From NCBI GenBank assembly GCA_054600435.1, contig BAAIJX010000007.1, positions 620,001 through 684,000 of the forward strand: a DNA stretch of 64,000 nt, written 5' to 3'. Within the stretch, counting starts at the first letter, position 1; each line of letters begins with the position of its first letter. Made by a program: the position numbers and the translations under genes. Source of the stretch: Neophaeotheca triangularis. Lineage: Eukaryota. This document shows, one piece after another, positions 11,924 through 24,101 of the stretch. Below the pieces are notes generated by a model. The model saw only the letters and a program-made list of their open reading frames with translations, searched no databases and was not told the origin of the DNA.

Positions 11924-14178
11924 CTACATATCAACTTCCCCATACAACCCCCCAGCTCCACTCCCAGCATACGAGGCCGAAGAACAGCAAGTCCTCTTCT
12001 TCCCGCCCATCTTACTAACCGGCAACCTGCCCGCCTGCGCCTCCTTGGTCCGAATGGCCGTGTTTGACTGCCAAAGCATACGCTGAGCTGAGACAGCGGC
12101 TGGTGAGGGTCCCACGTTACCGCCAGCACTCTCGTCGCTGGAGTTGGAAGACAGTGAAACGTCGTCGTCATCCTCGTCATAGTCTTCCTCTTCCAGCGCG
12201 ATGCGGATTTCTTCCTGCAGCTCGGAGCGCTTGTTGGCACTCGTGCGGCAGCGTTTGCGAGCGCTGCTATTGCTGCTGTTGTTCAGATGCTTGGGAGTGC
12301 TGGAGGTGGTGGATAGCTGTGAAGCGTGCTTGCTGTGTTTGTGGGGTGCATGGAGCGCCTTTTCGCCAACGCTGAAATCTGGTGGGCTCGACGTCATCTC
12401 TACATCGTCCATTATGGTGATGGGCTCTTGCGTGGTCTGTTTGTGAGCAGCAGGTTGGGCTTGCGCAAGTTGAGGCTGCTGCACCAGTCTACCGCTTCGA
12501 CATGTCGCCTGGCGAGCTAAGCAAGCTCGGTTGGGCGCTATGGACGAAGCGGTGGAGACTGTTGAGACTGAAGAAATGGACGACGCGCGAGAGGAGCGGG
12601 AGTTGTCGGACATCATTGACTCCGGACTGGAACCTTGCGAGGTCGAGCTGACAACAGACGGTCGTCGAGAGTCTGTACGGTATTTCTCGACGTCCATGGT
12701 GGTATTGGGGAACGTGTCGATGGCACAACGGCTAATGGCCTGTCTCTGCGCCGTACTCATTGCCGAGCACATGGATGGCCGTCGTGAGCTACACGCACTC
12801 GCTGCAGGAGTGGATGTTGCTACTGACGTTGGTGTGAGTCGCGGTGTTGGCAGAGGGCCCATGCGAGCAAGCGCTGGCGTAGGCGGTGCCATGTTGGCAC
12901 CAGGCTCCATTCGGGGGAGTGCCGTTGGTGTTGGGGTGCTCTCTTGCGAAGTCGAATCGACCTGCATAGCATCGAGCGGGCTTTTGTTGGGTGTGGTGTT
13001 TGCCAAAGGGGAAGCGAAGCCGTAGTTGGCTGGACATTGCCTCGTAGGGAAGCCAGAGTCGCCAGGGAGAGGCACCCTATCGAGCTCAGGGGTGAGGAGA
13101 GGAACGATACTTCTCCACGAGGGTTGCCCTGACACCGCGAATGCCTGACCTGGGGCTCCCGGCGGTTGCATGCTGGGAGTGTACCTCAAGACAATCTCCG
13201 TCCACCGCTTGAAGATGAGCTCAGGAAGATGAAGCTTCCAGCCAATCTTCGCAAGGAAAGTACGCTCGTTGGTGTTGATTTCGCTAACCTTGAGGCTGGA
13301 CATCTTGCTCCACGCCTTGGCGGAGTAATTGCGATCTTGCAAGTACTTGGAAGCCAGAATGAGCGCAGTCAAGAACATGCGACGCCCACACATGAGCGAG
13401 CGCGTCCCCGGGCAGTCTACCTTTTGCTCCTGTGTAAAGTCGCACCTCGGAACAAAGGGCTTGATCAAGACAAGGTAGTAAAGGGCAACTTGCAACGTCG
13501 AGTAGCTGGTGCGAGACCGTCGAAGAGTCTCCTCAATGTAAGTACGCAGTGGCAAGACGCCACGGCCAGTACCCCCATTTGCACCACAGGGAACAGAGAG
13601 CGGCCATATGACCTCAACCATCTGCGTAGCTGAGTCTACCGAGTAAAGTCGTCTTAGCACGATCCTGCAGCTGGCGGGGCACCGTTGTGATGTTCGGGAG
13701 ATGTATACTTACCAACAAGATTGTCGACGAAGTTGACCTTGCGGTCAGATTGCCGAACAAGTGGCGGAGGATTCTGTTTCCTGGGAATGGAGTTCCGGCG
13801 GAGGTTCTGTCCCTGCTCGAAAGGCACAGAGGTGACATCGGCATATGACCGACTCTGAACACCCTTGGCAGCATTATAGGGTAAAGCAGCAGGGCAGCCG
13901 AAGTTCAGAGGTGGGGCTTGTCCTTGAGCAGCTGCTGTCTTCCATTGCTGTGCTTGAAGCTGTGCCTGAGCGCATGCTCTGTCCCTAGCTTCCTCTTGAC
14001 TGTGTCTGAAGTCGCCAGGGATGGAGCTGGCGGCCGAGCTTTGAGATGATAGCGTAGTGTCATCGGAGAAGATGGAACCTTGCGAAGAAGGCACAGATGA
14101 AGTGATCGACGGCTCGTGCGCCAGACTCCCGCTATTTATCGCATGAGCGTAGCCGTTGTAACCTTCAACCGAGGTCAT
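11924..14178 (-). CDS. Pho85-type (PCL family) cyclin, Pcl5/Clg1/Pas1-like. Exons 14178-13713, 13635-11924
   Basis: Cyclin box IEETLRRSRTSYSTLQVALYYL...CGRRMFLTALILASKYLQDRNYSAKAWSKMS...INTNERTFLAKIGWKLH. Intron 13636-13712 (GTAAGT...TAG) joins FVDNLV/DSATQMVEVIWP. S/P/T-rich tail. Confidence 0.9.
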
Positions 14179-14271
14179 GCTGCGTCTTCCAAGTGTGGTA
14201 GTGTGGTCCAGTAGATAGTATCCGTGTGAGATTGACAGTGATGCGTTTGCCTTTCGGATTAAGAAAGGTCT

Positions 14272-14298
14272 TCAGTCGTGTGTAAGTCGTGCCAGCAT
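14272..14298 (-). other. Second short uORF (MLARLTHD*) upstream of the cyclin
   Basis: ATG CTG GCA CGA CTT ACA CAC GAC TGA; weak context (tatATG). Confidence 0.45.
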
Positions 14299-14493
14299 AT
14301 AAAGTAAACGTAATCCGACTCAGGGGTATCTCTTCCAAAAAAAATCAAATCAGGGGAATAAAACGGTATGGCGAAGGTGATATCTGTCCTTCGAATATTC
14401 CAGTCCGCGCGCGCACGCTTAAATCGATTCAAGTATGTGACTCTCTTCTCTTTCGTATGGAGGGCTATCGCAAAGTGGGTTTCTTTGTGATTT

Positions 14494-14586
14494 TTACCAC
14501 ATGGAGCCCTCGGCAACAGAGACGGTGGACTTGATGGAGGTTGCGCGGCTGACGAGGAATTTCGCGTATGTAGTGTTAGGGATCAT
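14494..14586 (-). other. Candidate uORF (30 aa, MIPNTTYAKFLVSRATSIKSTVSVAEGSMW*) upstream of the cyclin
   Basis: ATG ATC CCT AAC ... GGC TCC ATG TGG TAA. First AUG after about 600 nt of AUG-free upstream sequence; purine at -3. Confidence 0.6.
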
Positions 14587-16146
14587 TGCGCCGTCGCGTG
14601 TGGTGATTGAAAGGTGGTTATTCTACGTCTTGGTCGTCGTCAGAGGGGTAAGTGGAGATTCGAGAGTCGCGGTCGGAGGGATCAATCAGAGGGGGATAGG
14701 TTCTGGAATCGGTAGATTTGGCTTCAGGATGTATTAGACGGCGGCGCGGTCAGGTATTGTGGGTGCGAGGGTGTTGGAAGGGCAAGTTAATGCAGCCAAC
14801 AGAGATCCGTCCTCGCCTATGAATGGGTGTAGAGAGAGAGGTATGATGTTGGAGATGTCGACTTGGTTGTTTGTTGTTGGTGTTGTTACAAAGGAAGGTG
14901 GAAGCGGGCAGAAGGAGGCTGGGAGGGAGGATTGGTTGGATGGTTGGTTGGTTGGTTGGGTATTAGAGAGAGGGGAGAGATGGTGGTAGTAATATGTAGT
15001 AGCACTAGGTGGTCGTCGACAAGAGGTGATGTGATGTGAGTCGATCGGGTGGCGGAACCAGGCAGGCTGAGGCAGCGTCGGCGCTGGGCGGCAAAGCAAG
15101 AGTCACGCCAAAAGTCTCGAGGTGGAGGCAGCAAACGTCGCCACGTCCGGCTTCAGCCTTTGATGAGACAACCTGGACTTCCCGATAACTACCGTCCGGT
15201 AACTTGAGATTTTACTATTTTATTCCATCAAAGACGGGTGTGTGGAGGTGGTGGTGGTATTATGATTTGTCTGTCTGTCTGTCTGTCTGTCTGTCGTCGA
15301 TGGAAGATGAGGGGAAAAAGATGGTGGAGGGGGGTACTACTACTACTACTTACTGTCGGGTATGCGCTGTGCGAAGAAGCTCCTAGTGCTGTTTGTTGTT
15401 CCCTCTGCCCTCCCCTCCCCTCCACCTCATCATCGCTGGAGTCATACCTTACCTTACCTACATACTAGTTATTGCTAGTACCCGGCGTCACCTTACCCGA
15501 AACTACTAATTGTCTTATTAGCCCTCCGGCTAATCCTGCACTGACCATTATTGCCACCGACCGCCACCGCCACTACTGCCACTCTTTCTTTGGTCGGCCT
15601 CCGCATCCTCAAGTCTGCATTACCGAGCTGACAGCCTTCTATCCTTCTCAGGACCTCAAGGGTGGGAGGGGAGACGAGTGAGCTGTGACAGCAGCATATC
15701 CCCTTACTCGTGCCCACTATTTGCCACTACGTACCACACAAAAAGAGTGACACCCGATCGCGACTACTGTGCCACAAGCAGCAGTCTCACAAAAGCCTTT
15801 CAAAGGCTCGCGTCTCTGTCGACCAAAAAAAAAAAAAAAAAAGCCATCGAATTAGGCAACCAGCAGCTGAAGCACCCATGTATGCCGTCAGCTCGTAGAA
15901 GAACTCACGACAATCGCCCGGATACCACCTAACGCCACTGCCGTTCTGATGATTTATTATTATTACAAGCCCGAGACTTCGATCAGTGCTCCCGTCCGCC
16001 GAAAGATGGCGACATATACAAAACCTGTGAGGGCTTAAGCCCGCGTTCAGCGCTTCGTGTACAGCAGAAGCACCGCCACAGCTGGAACTACCTGGATCCT
16101 TCTCGACAAAGCCGGGGCCAGAAGCTTGCTTGAGCCGGCCAGCTCT

Positions 16147-16417
16147 CACGTGACTGTATTCGCTGGCGTGTCTCAGACGGCCTCTTTCTCGGTGTCGGTA
16201 GTACATAGTAGTAGTAGTGTGACCGTTTTCAAGAAATTTCTGGTGAGTCTGTTGTAGGCGAAGCTGTGAAGCGCTTTGTTCATGACGAGTTTTATCGCCC
16301 TGCCCAGTACCTACCTATAGGTATACGACAGCTTATCGAGAAAGCTGCAAACGGAAGTCAGAGGTACTGACACGTGACTTGGATCACGTGAGTCGATGTT
16401 GCTGCCTGCTATGACTC
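16147..16417. promoter_or_regulatory. Cluster of three CACGTG E-boxes plus a TGACTC site, upstream of the cyclin
   Basis: CACGTG at 16147, 16371, 16385; TGACTC at 16412. Confidence 0.35.
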
Positions 16418-19400
16418 TGACGCGGGTATTGAGGGTGAGCCATGTGTACCTAGGTATAGCCGTTTAACAAGAATGGAGAAAGAGGCTTAAAGTGAGTAGG
16501 AGCTAGAGCAGATGCGATTAAGTATGGCCCGACAGAAGCAGATGCAAACATTCCAACAGAAAGCCATGATACCACGCTCAATTGTGATCTGGTAGATGTT
16601 TTGATCGATCAACACTTTCTACATCAGTCTGAAGGGCATCCCCTTACCGCAGCATCCCACAACGCGCTTGGAAATCTTAACACTCGCGAGACCAGTAAGT
16701 GTTCCAACAGCTCTGACCAGTCACTCGCCCACTCTAGGCTTCCTCGGGTGGTCATGCAGCAATCGAAAAACCGAAGGCGAATCGTAGTGACCTCACTTGG
16801 CACAGACAACCTGAAGCCAACTCGCGGCCAACCTACCCAGCTTCAAACACGTTGGCTCGTGTTATTCCGTGCGTTGTATCTTGCCACGTGACAGGGAGCC
16901 CCGGCGTATCAACCAGTGCAGAATCGTGGGTGCCATGCAGTCGCGTAAGACCACCTCTTCCTGGTCTGGCGTTTTAGAACATATCAGGAAAGTATGCGAC
17001 GTTGTATCCCCTTCATGGGTCTAGTAGTCGCTACTCGATATGACATTGCCGCCATGGGCGAGGGAACAACGCACACCGAGGTTGGCGCTTCAGACCTCGA
17101 GCCCGGGGGTAGTGCAAGATTGCGAGATATAGCCATTCCCGGCTTCCAGCTCGCTTTGGATCGCTGCCTGTTGTCTGACGTTCAGGGTAGCTGGGCTCTT
17201 CTGGGCTGGCGAGAGGGCGGCTATGACTCACTCTGTCCCGCTACTGTGCTTTGGCAGCGAGATTGCTGTTGGAGCGATGAGGGCTCTGGGCAGTTGACGG
17301 TCCTTGTATGATGCGTGGTCGTCTTCGGTGTGTCCTTCAACGATACCGATCCTGGTCCAAGGCGAAGCGGGTCCGCTTGATCCGTGAACAACACGAGCAG
17401 CTTGTAGCTTAGCGTGAACGCAAAGCAGGCAGACAAGGAAGGTTGGAAAGAATGGTTGAAAATTGCGGCTCAAAGATCACCGTATTGCAAAATGAAGCGA
17501 GCGCTGCACGTGAAAGACCACGCGATAGTGCCTACTGGTGATAGCTGTAGATCGATATGCGGGACATTTCAGGAGCCTACGAGGGGCGCTGGTATTATTG
17601 TGCAGCAGGTGCGCAGTTGCTCGCACCAAAGGTTCACTTTGATGATTGTTACGGGCCCCGATGTACTCCAGATAACTTACCTGGCCTTGAACTGCGTCCG
17701 TGAGGTCATCGTATGAAGGCTGCGCGCTTTTATTAGATGCATGTCTTGAGCCTCTTGTTAGACTCTTTGGACTTTTGGAAGCGTAGGTTGCCTTTTTACA
17801 GCAGAGTTGAGGAATTCCGTACCTGTGGGAATCTCAGCGAACCCGCGCAATCGCTCGAAGCTTCGGCCGTCATGATTGTCCACTTGACCACTTCATGACG
17901 ACTTTGTGTGACAGTCATCTGGCGGGGGTTTCGGTTTCTGCGCAAGGGCAACTCCTTTTGACAGCTGCAGCCTCGCTACCCAGCAAATCCGTAAAACACG
18001 CATACCCTGTTACACAGCCACGGTATCACGACGTCCGAGACCGGTCACGGCGAGACGCGAACAGGAAAGAGGAACAACAAGCCTCCTCCATTCTGGTCAT
18101 GAAGCCTTTGCAGCCCCGATGCCTCGACCGAATCCACACTGCATTCGCTACCGCGCAAGGAAACAGCAGCTCGGCTGGCTGCTTGGAGGATTCTGCGCTC
18201 CTGACCCAAAGCATGCAAAAGCAGAGCGGATATTCGCATGGTGAACATGTGTCGAGCCAGGTGCGTGGACACGGCTGCAAGGCACGCAATTGCCGATCAC
18301 GTGGCGAGAGCGCGCGCGTTACATACTGCTGTTCCAGCGACTTGGGTGTTCGGTCAAGTGGGATCCGGGCAAGCTCGGCGCTGACTGGTTCGAGTGAGGC
18401 TGCATTCAGCTGCCGTGCGTGTACGTTGCGAATCTTTTTATGCAATGCTGATGCGAGAGGCGGTGAAACCAAAGGTGCAGGGGAGGCCGAGGAGGCTTGC
18501 TTTGACCGACGGTCCAATCTTGCTGTTTTGGTTTTCTGGCGTAGCGACGTCGACGTCGACCTCGGTGGTGTGAGGACGAGGACGTGAAGTCGCCAAGGGT
18601 AATCGGTCTTTTATGCTGGACGTGATTGGTCTGCTTCGCTTCGTCTTCTGGGTAGCCGACATTGTTGTCTGCAGCTAAAAGTGTTTTGAACGTCGCCTCG
18701 CGGCACTGAAGGGGCCGAGGTGACTTGAACATTGCGGCGTCGATATATTAAATATCAATTTTAATACTGTTGCCGGACCACAGCAGCCAGAGAGTCAGAG
18801 GTCCGAGGGATTTTGGCGTGTCGAGACTAGACACTACTGGTCTTCATATATTGCTATACCCAACGCTACGGTAGAGGTTGATGGTGCGGCCGACGACACT
18901 GATCTTGGCATATCCGCTCGGGTCACGCACGGACGAGTATAGCATTATAGGAGGGCTTGCAAGTTGCGATGGAGACGGGTTATGATGTACCTACAGTAGG
19001 TAGCTGAATAAAATATCCATAACATCTAACGCTGGCCAGTGGCCACGCCAGCCTAGATCTGAGCTTTTTTACACTTACCGTAACATTACCTGCCTATGTT
19101 ACATGTACCTACCTCCTACTACTACTACTTCACTACTCCGGAGTATTGCGCTACTAGGGAGGTACGGCCGTCGTGCCGCTGCAGGTCATTGCTCGCGGCT
19201 CCACCATCTTTTTCATGTCACGGGTCAGAAAAGGGTCAAGCGGGCGAACGATTGGCGCCATTGCCCTTGCGGCCCGCTTACAAGGTTGCTAGAGTTTATC
19301 AACGACGCCCTGGACGACGATTCAGATTCTTCCACTTGATCAACACCCGACGTCAAAACGGCACGACACGACGGGAGTGGAGTTATCATTATTATTGACG

Positions 19401-20487
19401 TCCCGTTCCCAGCGCATGCCGCGCTGCCCGTCAAAATAGGTACGACAAACCAGTAGTGGATATGGGCAGTTGGTAGTAGATACGCCCATAGATCGTACAG
19501 TAAACTCAAACGACTTGCAGCAAAACAATTGGATGCATCTGTAATAACTAACTTAATGTGATATGTACCTACTGAGGTAAGCTCTCCGCTTTTCCGCCCC
19601 CACGGCAGCCAGTAGTACTGCGCACCAAGCACATGGCAAGGCATCTTACGTTGATTAATGATTACCTCGCCTAGGTACGCAGCAGCAGAGACTTCGGGGC
19701 TTCAGGAAGAAGAAATAATTATCAGGGACTACTAGTACCTCCACTACAACTTGTCGATCTCAACATGATGCCGTCAGTAACAATGATATCAACCCCTAGT
19801 TAACAATAATCATAATAATAATAATAATCACGGGGGTTAAAAACCACCGCATGGGTCCGTGGCGAGTGTGCCGCGCAGATGCCTAGACGAGGGCTGCCTG
19901 CAAGCCGTGCCAGATGTTCAACGGCGGCCGACCCCCCTTTGGTTACACGAGATCCGAACTACAGCCATCAACATGTTTTAGCTAACTACAGGCTATTATT
20001 TGCTGCCCGCAACGTACATGCACGCGATATATACGACGGTTACTAAAACACACACACGCCAATGTCGGCTTGCCTGGCTGGACCTCCACACTAGCCCTGC
20101 ATGGGTCCACAAAGGTTATCTTTCCCTGCACACCTGCAATCTTTGTGCCGGACGCCACGAGGTGCCCACTTCAAGCAGTTCCGCGAGGCCCAATGCTATG
20201 GTTATTATATCTCCTGCCTCGCCTTCCATCACCTCTCCCTCCTCGCCATGCCACTCCCTGTCGGAACCATCCGAATCTGTGTTTTAAAACTGTCCCCAGG
20301 CCCCAACTGAAACGTCCGGCTTCCCTCTCCCAACTCAATCCCCATCCTTGTTGTTGCCTCTTCGACACATCTTAAAAGGAGCATCTACTTAGAACTCGGA
20401 ATCTTCCAGCGGCTCAGCAACGAAAGCACTCTTAATCCTCCTCGCCACTCCGAGAAGACCCCATCCGTCCCATTCACGCTACCAACA

Positions 20488-22201
20488 ATGGCTGCTGCCG
20501 ATGTCCAGCAACCCCCAGCGGAGCCCGCGCCTGCAGTCCCCGATTATCTCGCTTCCCCCAACGCAGTCTTCACCGACCAAGGCGTCCAGTGGCGATATGG
20601 CAAGGCCCCAGACTACTCAAAGACCCGCAAGGTGTGGGAAGAAGGTACGCTTACCCCCAAATCCACGTTAGCGATCGCGCCGTCTGTGGAAAGTCGCTTG
20701 GGTTCCACGACATCCCTTGCATCAGCCACGTGGTCACCATATGCTGCGTCTGCCGCTTGAGGCATGGTGGCAAGTCTAGCAGTCCAACCCGACACCGTGA
20801 TGGGCGTAGTTTTTGTACAGAACGCCAATCCGAATGAACAAGCTGCTAACGTTTCGGGGTAGGCAAGAAGATGAGCCATGCCGCCGGTTCGCTCCCTCAG
20901 CTCGTGGAGAACCTCGTCAAAAACTGGGAAGTTGAGGCTTCGTTCAAACCAAGATTGGAAGACTGGAGGACAATCGATCACAAGAACTACACCTTCGCCA
21001 TCAACGGAGGCCCACCCCAGTCCGCTGAGCACATGCTGAAGGTCGGCACGTACAATGCCATCATTGCGCCAAACGAGTACTACAGCCCGGAGAACTCGGA
21101 TTTTGCTTCCAGTCACAAAACCTTCAAGCGCATGATGCCGACCTTTGCTTGGGAGGTGCTGGAGGTCTACAGCGGACCGCCGAAGGTTGCTTTCAAGTGG
21201 CGCCACTGGGGTGTCATGAAGAACGACTATGTTGGGTTCAATGAGTACGTCGCACTACCCGAATACCGGGTTTTTGAGCTCGTAGGCCGAATGCTGGTAG
21301 CACAGGATGGCGCTAATGTTTCACCAGCAAGGGAGAGAAAGTTACAGCCAAAGCTCACGGTGGACCAATCGACATTGAAGGCGTCACCGTTGCGAGCGTG
21401 GACGAGGCCGTGCGCCTGCAATCGGTCGAGACCTGGTTTGATCCGTTGGAGATGTTCCGGCAGATCGCCCCTCACGGCGTTGTGAACAAAAATGCGGTGC
21501 CAAAGGACTTGAACCCCTCGGACGCCCTCGAGGTGAGTGCCGAGCTGGCCACCAACGATGGCGTGAAGATTGCCCAGGCGCACAACGAGGGTCAGCAGAG
21601 CAGCGGAGACGCGCCAGCGCACGAGCACATCTCCAACAGCACCGGCCAGCCCGCCGACGCCTTTGTACCACACCAAGGCGCTGACACTAGCCCGGAGTCA
21701 CTCGCTGCTGGAGCCGCCGGCGCCTGTCCCTTCCTCTCAGCGCAATCCGGAGGAACTGCCAATGGCGTCGTGAACACGGCCACTACACAAGGCGCCGACG
21801 CGCCGCTCAGTCACCCGGAGCCCAACTCGGGCAGCGACGCCGGCAGCTCCGACTGGGAAAAGGTATCACACCCCGTGACTCACCAGCCCGCCGCGGAGGG
21901 CGTCGAGCGCTCCATGTACTCCTCGGCCGTCACTGGCAACGAGGAGAACGTGCTCGCCGCCACTGGCGAGCAGAACCCCTACAAGGACGAGCAGAGGGAG
22001 GTGCGGGACGGACTGGACACGCACCTCGAAAAGTCGTCCGAGGTCGTTCACCCGCACCCTCACGATGCTGAGAAGGCCGCTCACCCGGAGGCCGGGGACG
22101 CTGTCGTCGCCACCGCCGGCTCCGATGAGACACGGAAGACGCACGAGGAGATGAGCAATATCAAGCCGGAGGAGAGCCAGAAGATGATGAACGTCGAGTA
22201 G
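20488..22201 (+). CDS. Pathogen-related (SnoaL/NTF2-like) protein. Exons 20488-20644, 20863-21244, 21328-22201
   Basis: WRYGKAPDYS...GSLPQLVENLVKNWEVEASFK...GTYNA...FAWEVLEVYSGPPKVAFKWRHWG...VETWFDP, typical of the plant/fungal pathogen-related family. Canonical introns. Confidence 0.85.
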
Positions 22202-22352
22202 ACTGGCACAGAACGGCCGTTTCCCTTTCTTACGCTTGCGGTTGGATATTGCAGTGGTTTCTCCCAGGGCGGCGTTCGCATTTGCTTCCATCTTTGCTTC
22301 GCGCAGTTGGTCAGGGCAGCTCTACAAGCTTGAGCCCTGCTGTCGCTCGCTG

Positions 22353-22380
22353 TATGTGTGTGTGTGTGTGTGTGTTTGTG
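22353..22380. repeat. (GT)n microsatellite
   Basis: tatgtgtgtgtgtgtgtgtgtgtttgtg. Confidence 0.8.
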
Positions 22381-24101
22381 CGTGTCTCCGGCGTTTCAGC
22401 GTCTTGTACGAGATTTCTTCCAAACTATATAGCGGCGGTTTATGATCATCACGACACACTTGCCTCGTCCTCCTCCTAACCTGTCCCATGAACGGCATGA
22501 CTGAAAGCAAATTCCCCCCCAACCCGACACGACAACGCGTCTTGACGGATTTTTGGGTTGGGCCAAGGTTTCATCAAAGCACGGGGATCTCTGCTGGGCT
22601 GTCAACTGCCAAACCTTGCGATGCGCTGAAACTCCCGTCCGGAGATTGTGAGATGCCGGACGAGCGTCGAGACGGGCTTGTCGTTGTTTCCGGGCCTACT
22701 ACTTAGTTACTTGCCCTTCTTGGCCTCTGTGATCTATCGTAGCAACTTGCAGCGGGGAAGCGGCCTGGAGAATCGAGCACCAGATCCGGACCACCGTGGT
22801 TAGAAACTGTGGTAAACGTGGGATTGTGATGAAACTGCCCGATTTGGCTGCTAGGGGTTAGGGTTGGGTGCTGCGAATGGAATAATTATCTATATGACCA
22901 CGAGTACAACGTAAATGATAGGCAACTGCCCTTGCCGGGGACTAGTTCGCTCGGCATGCCCTGGGCCGTTGAGGTCTTTTTTCTCAAGTGCCGCCTCATG
23001 CGTGCCGGCCGTGTCTACATGTAAGTACGGTAATGATGATAATTATCTCAACAACAACCTTCGTGGTCGCCAAGCTCGTGTCGTGCTTTCACCGCTCTCA
23101 AACTCGTGCCTTTCGAAACGCCCACGCCGTGTTTAGCCGCTAGAAAAGGGCGGGCTCAAGGGTCACGGCTCACGGGTCTTTTATTACTCCGCTTCTGCCA
23201 TGGGAACCGCTTGTACACAGACAGGCAGGGCACGTAGACGGTAGCGACCACGCGTGCTGGATAATAATCAATAATGCTTTGCCCTGGTGTGTATTGTTAT
23301 TGCGCGAGTAGGAACAGAGCCGGTAAGCTGAAGCTTCGTACGGGACTGGGGAATGCTATCCACATCAGACGCCCCATGAGAGAGAGAGAGAGGGAGGGGG
23401 GAAGAGAGAGTGAGGGAGACAGGGAGAGAGAAGAGAGAGTATGACCCAGTGACCGAGAAAGCGGGCTCTAACTTGGTACGGTAGGTAGGAGGGTACTAGT
23501 AGGTAGGTACCTTACTACTGTACTGTAGTCTGTATCTCAGGGACATCGCTTCCTTGGGTGCCTCTACTCGACAGGCTGTAGATGTAGTTGAAAGGGACAC
23601 AGCGCAGGCAGCAACAAATAATCATAACAACAACAACAACAATATTATTCGCAAAGCAAAGCAAAAGATTAATAAAAGGGACGATCGACTACTACTATCA
23701 CTAATTACCGGGTAGCCCTGGAGCATGGATATTCGACCTGCCCCACTCGTGACGGTGTAGAGATGGCCTAATCGTTTGGGCTTAAGGTTGCCTTCCAATC
23801 GATAAGGCACGAATGACGGGAGTGACATACGCGCTATAAACATCCATAGATTTTCCCATATAGTTCATCATCCACCGTTTCCCTCCCTTGAGCGCTCCGA
23901 GCTCTCTCTTCTCTCTCACCCTCCTACTTGCTACCATCGTCTGCCTTACTAAGACACTAACAATAGCTCAAATTGCTCTCCAGTGTCTGTATGCGTTGTG
24001 AGCCACGTCGTTCTCTACATAGGCCGTTCCCTACATAGGGCGTTCCGCGAGTCAGTCCGATCGGGATCTCGATAGCGATATCTCTTGCTACCACGGCCAA
24101 G

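Noticed and set aside
16600..18750. Cluster of 70-230-aa ORFs, possibly a degenerate gene
   Set aside because: I could not assemble a spliced model or recognise a domain; a tBLASTx search would be needed.
22851..22870. Telomere-like ctaggggttagggttggg
   Set aside because: Only one exact TTAGGG unit; too short to call an interstitial telomere.
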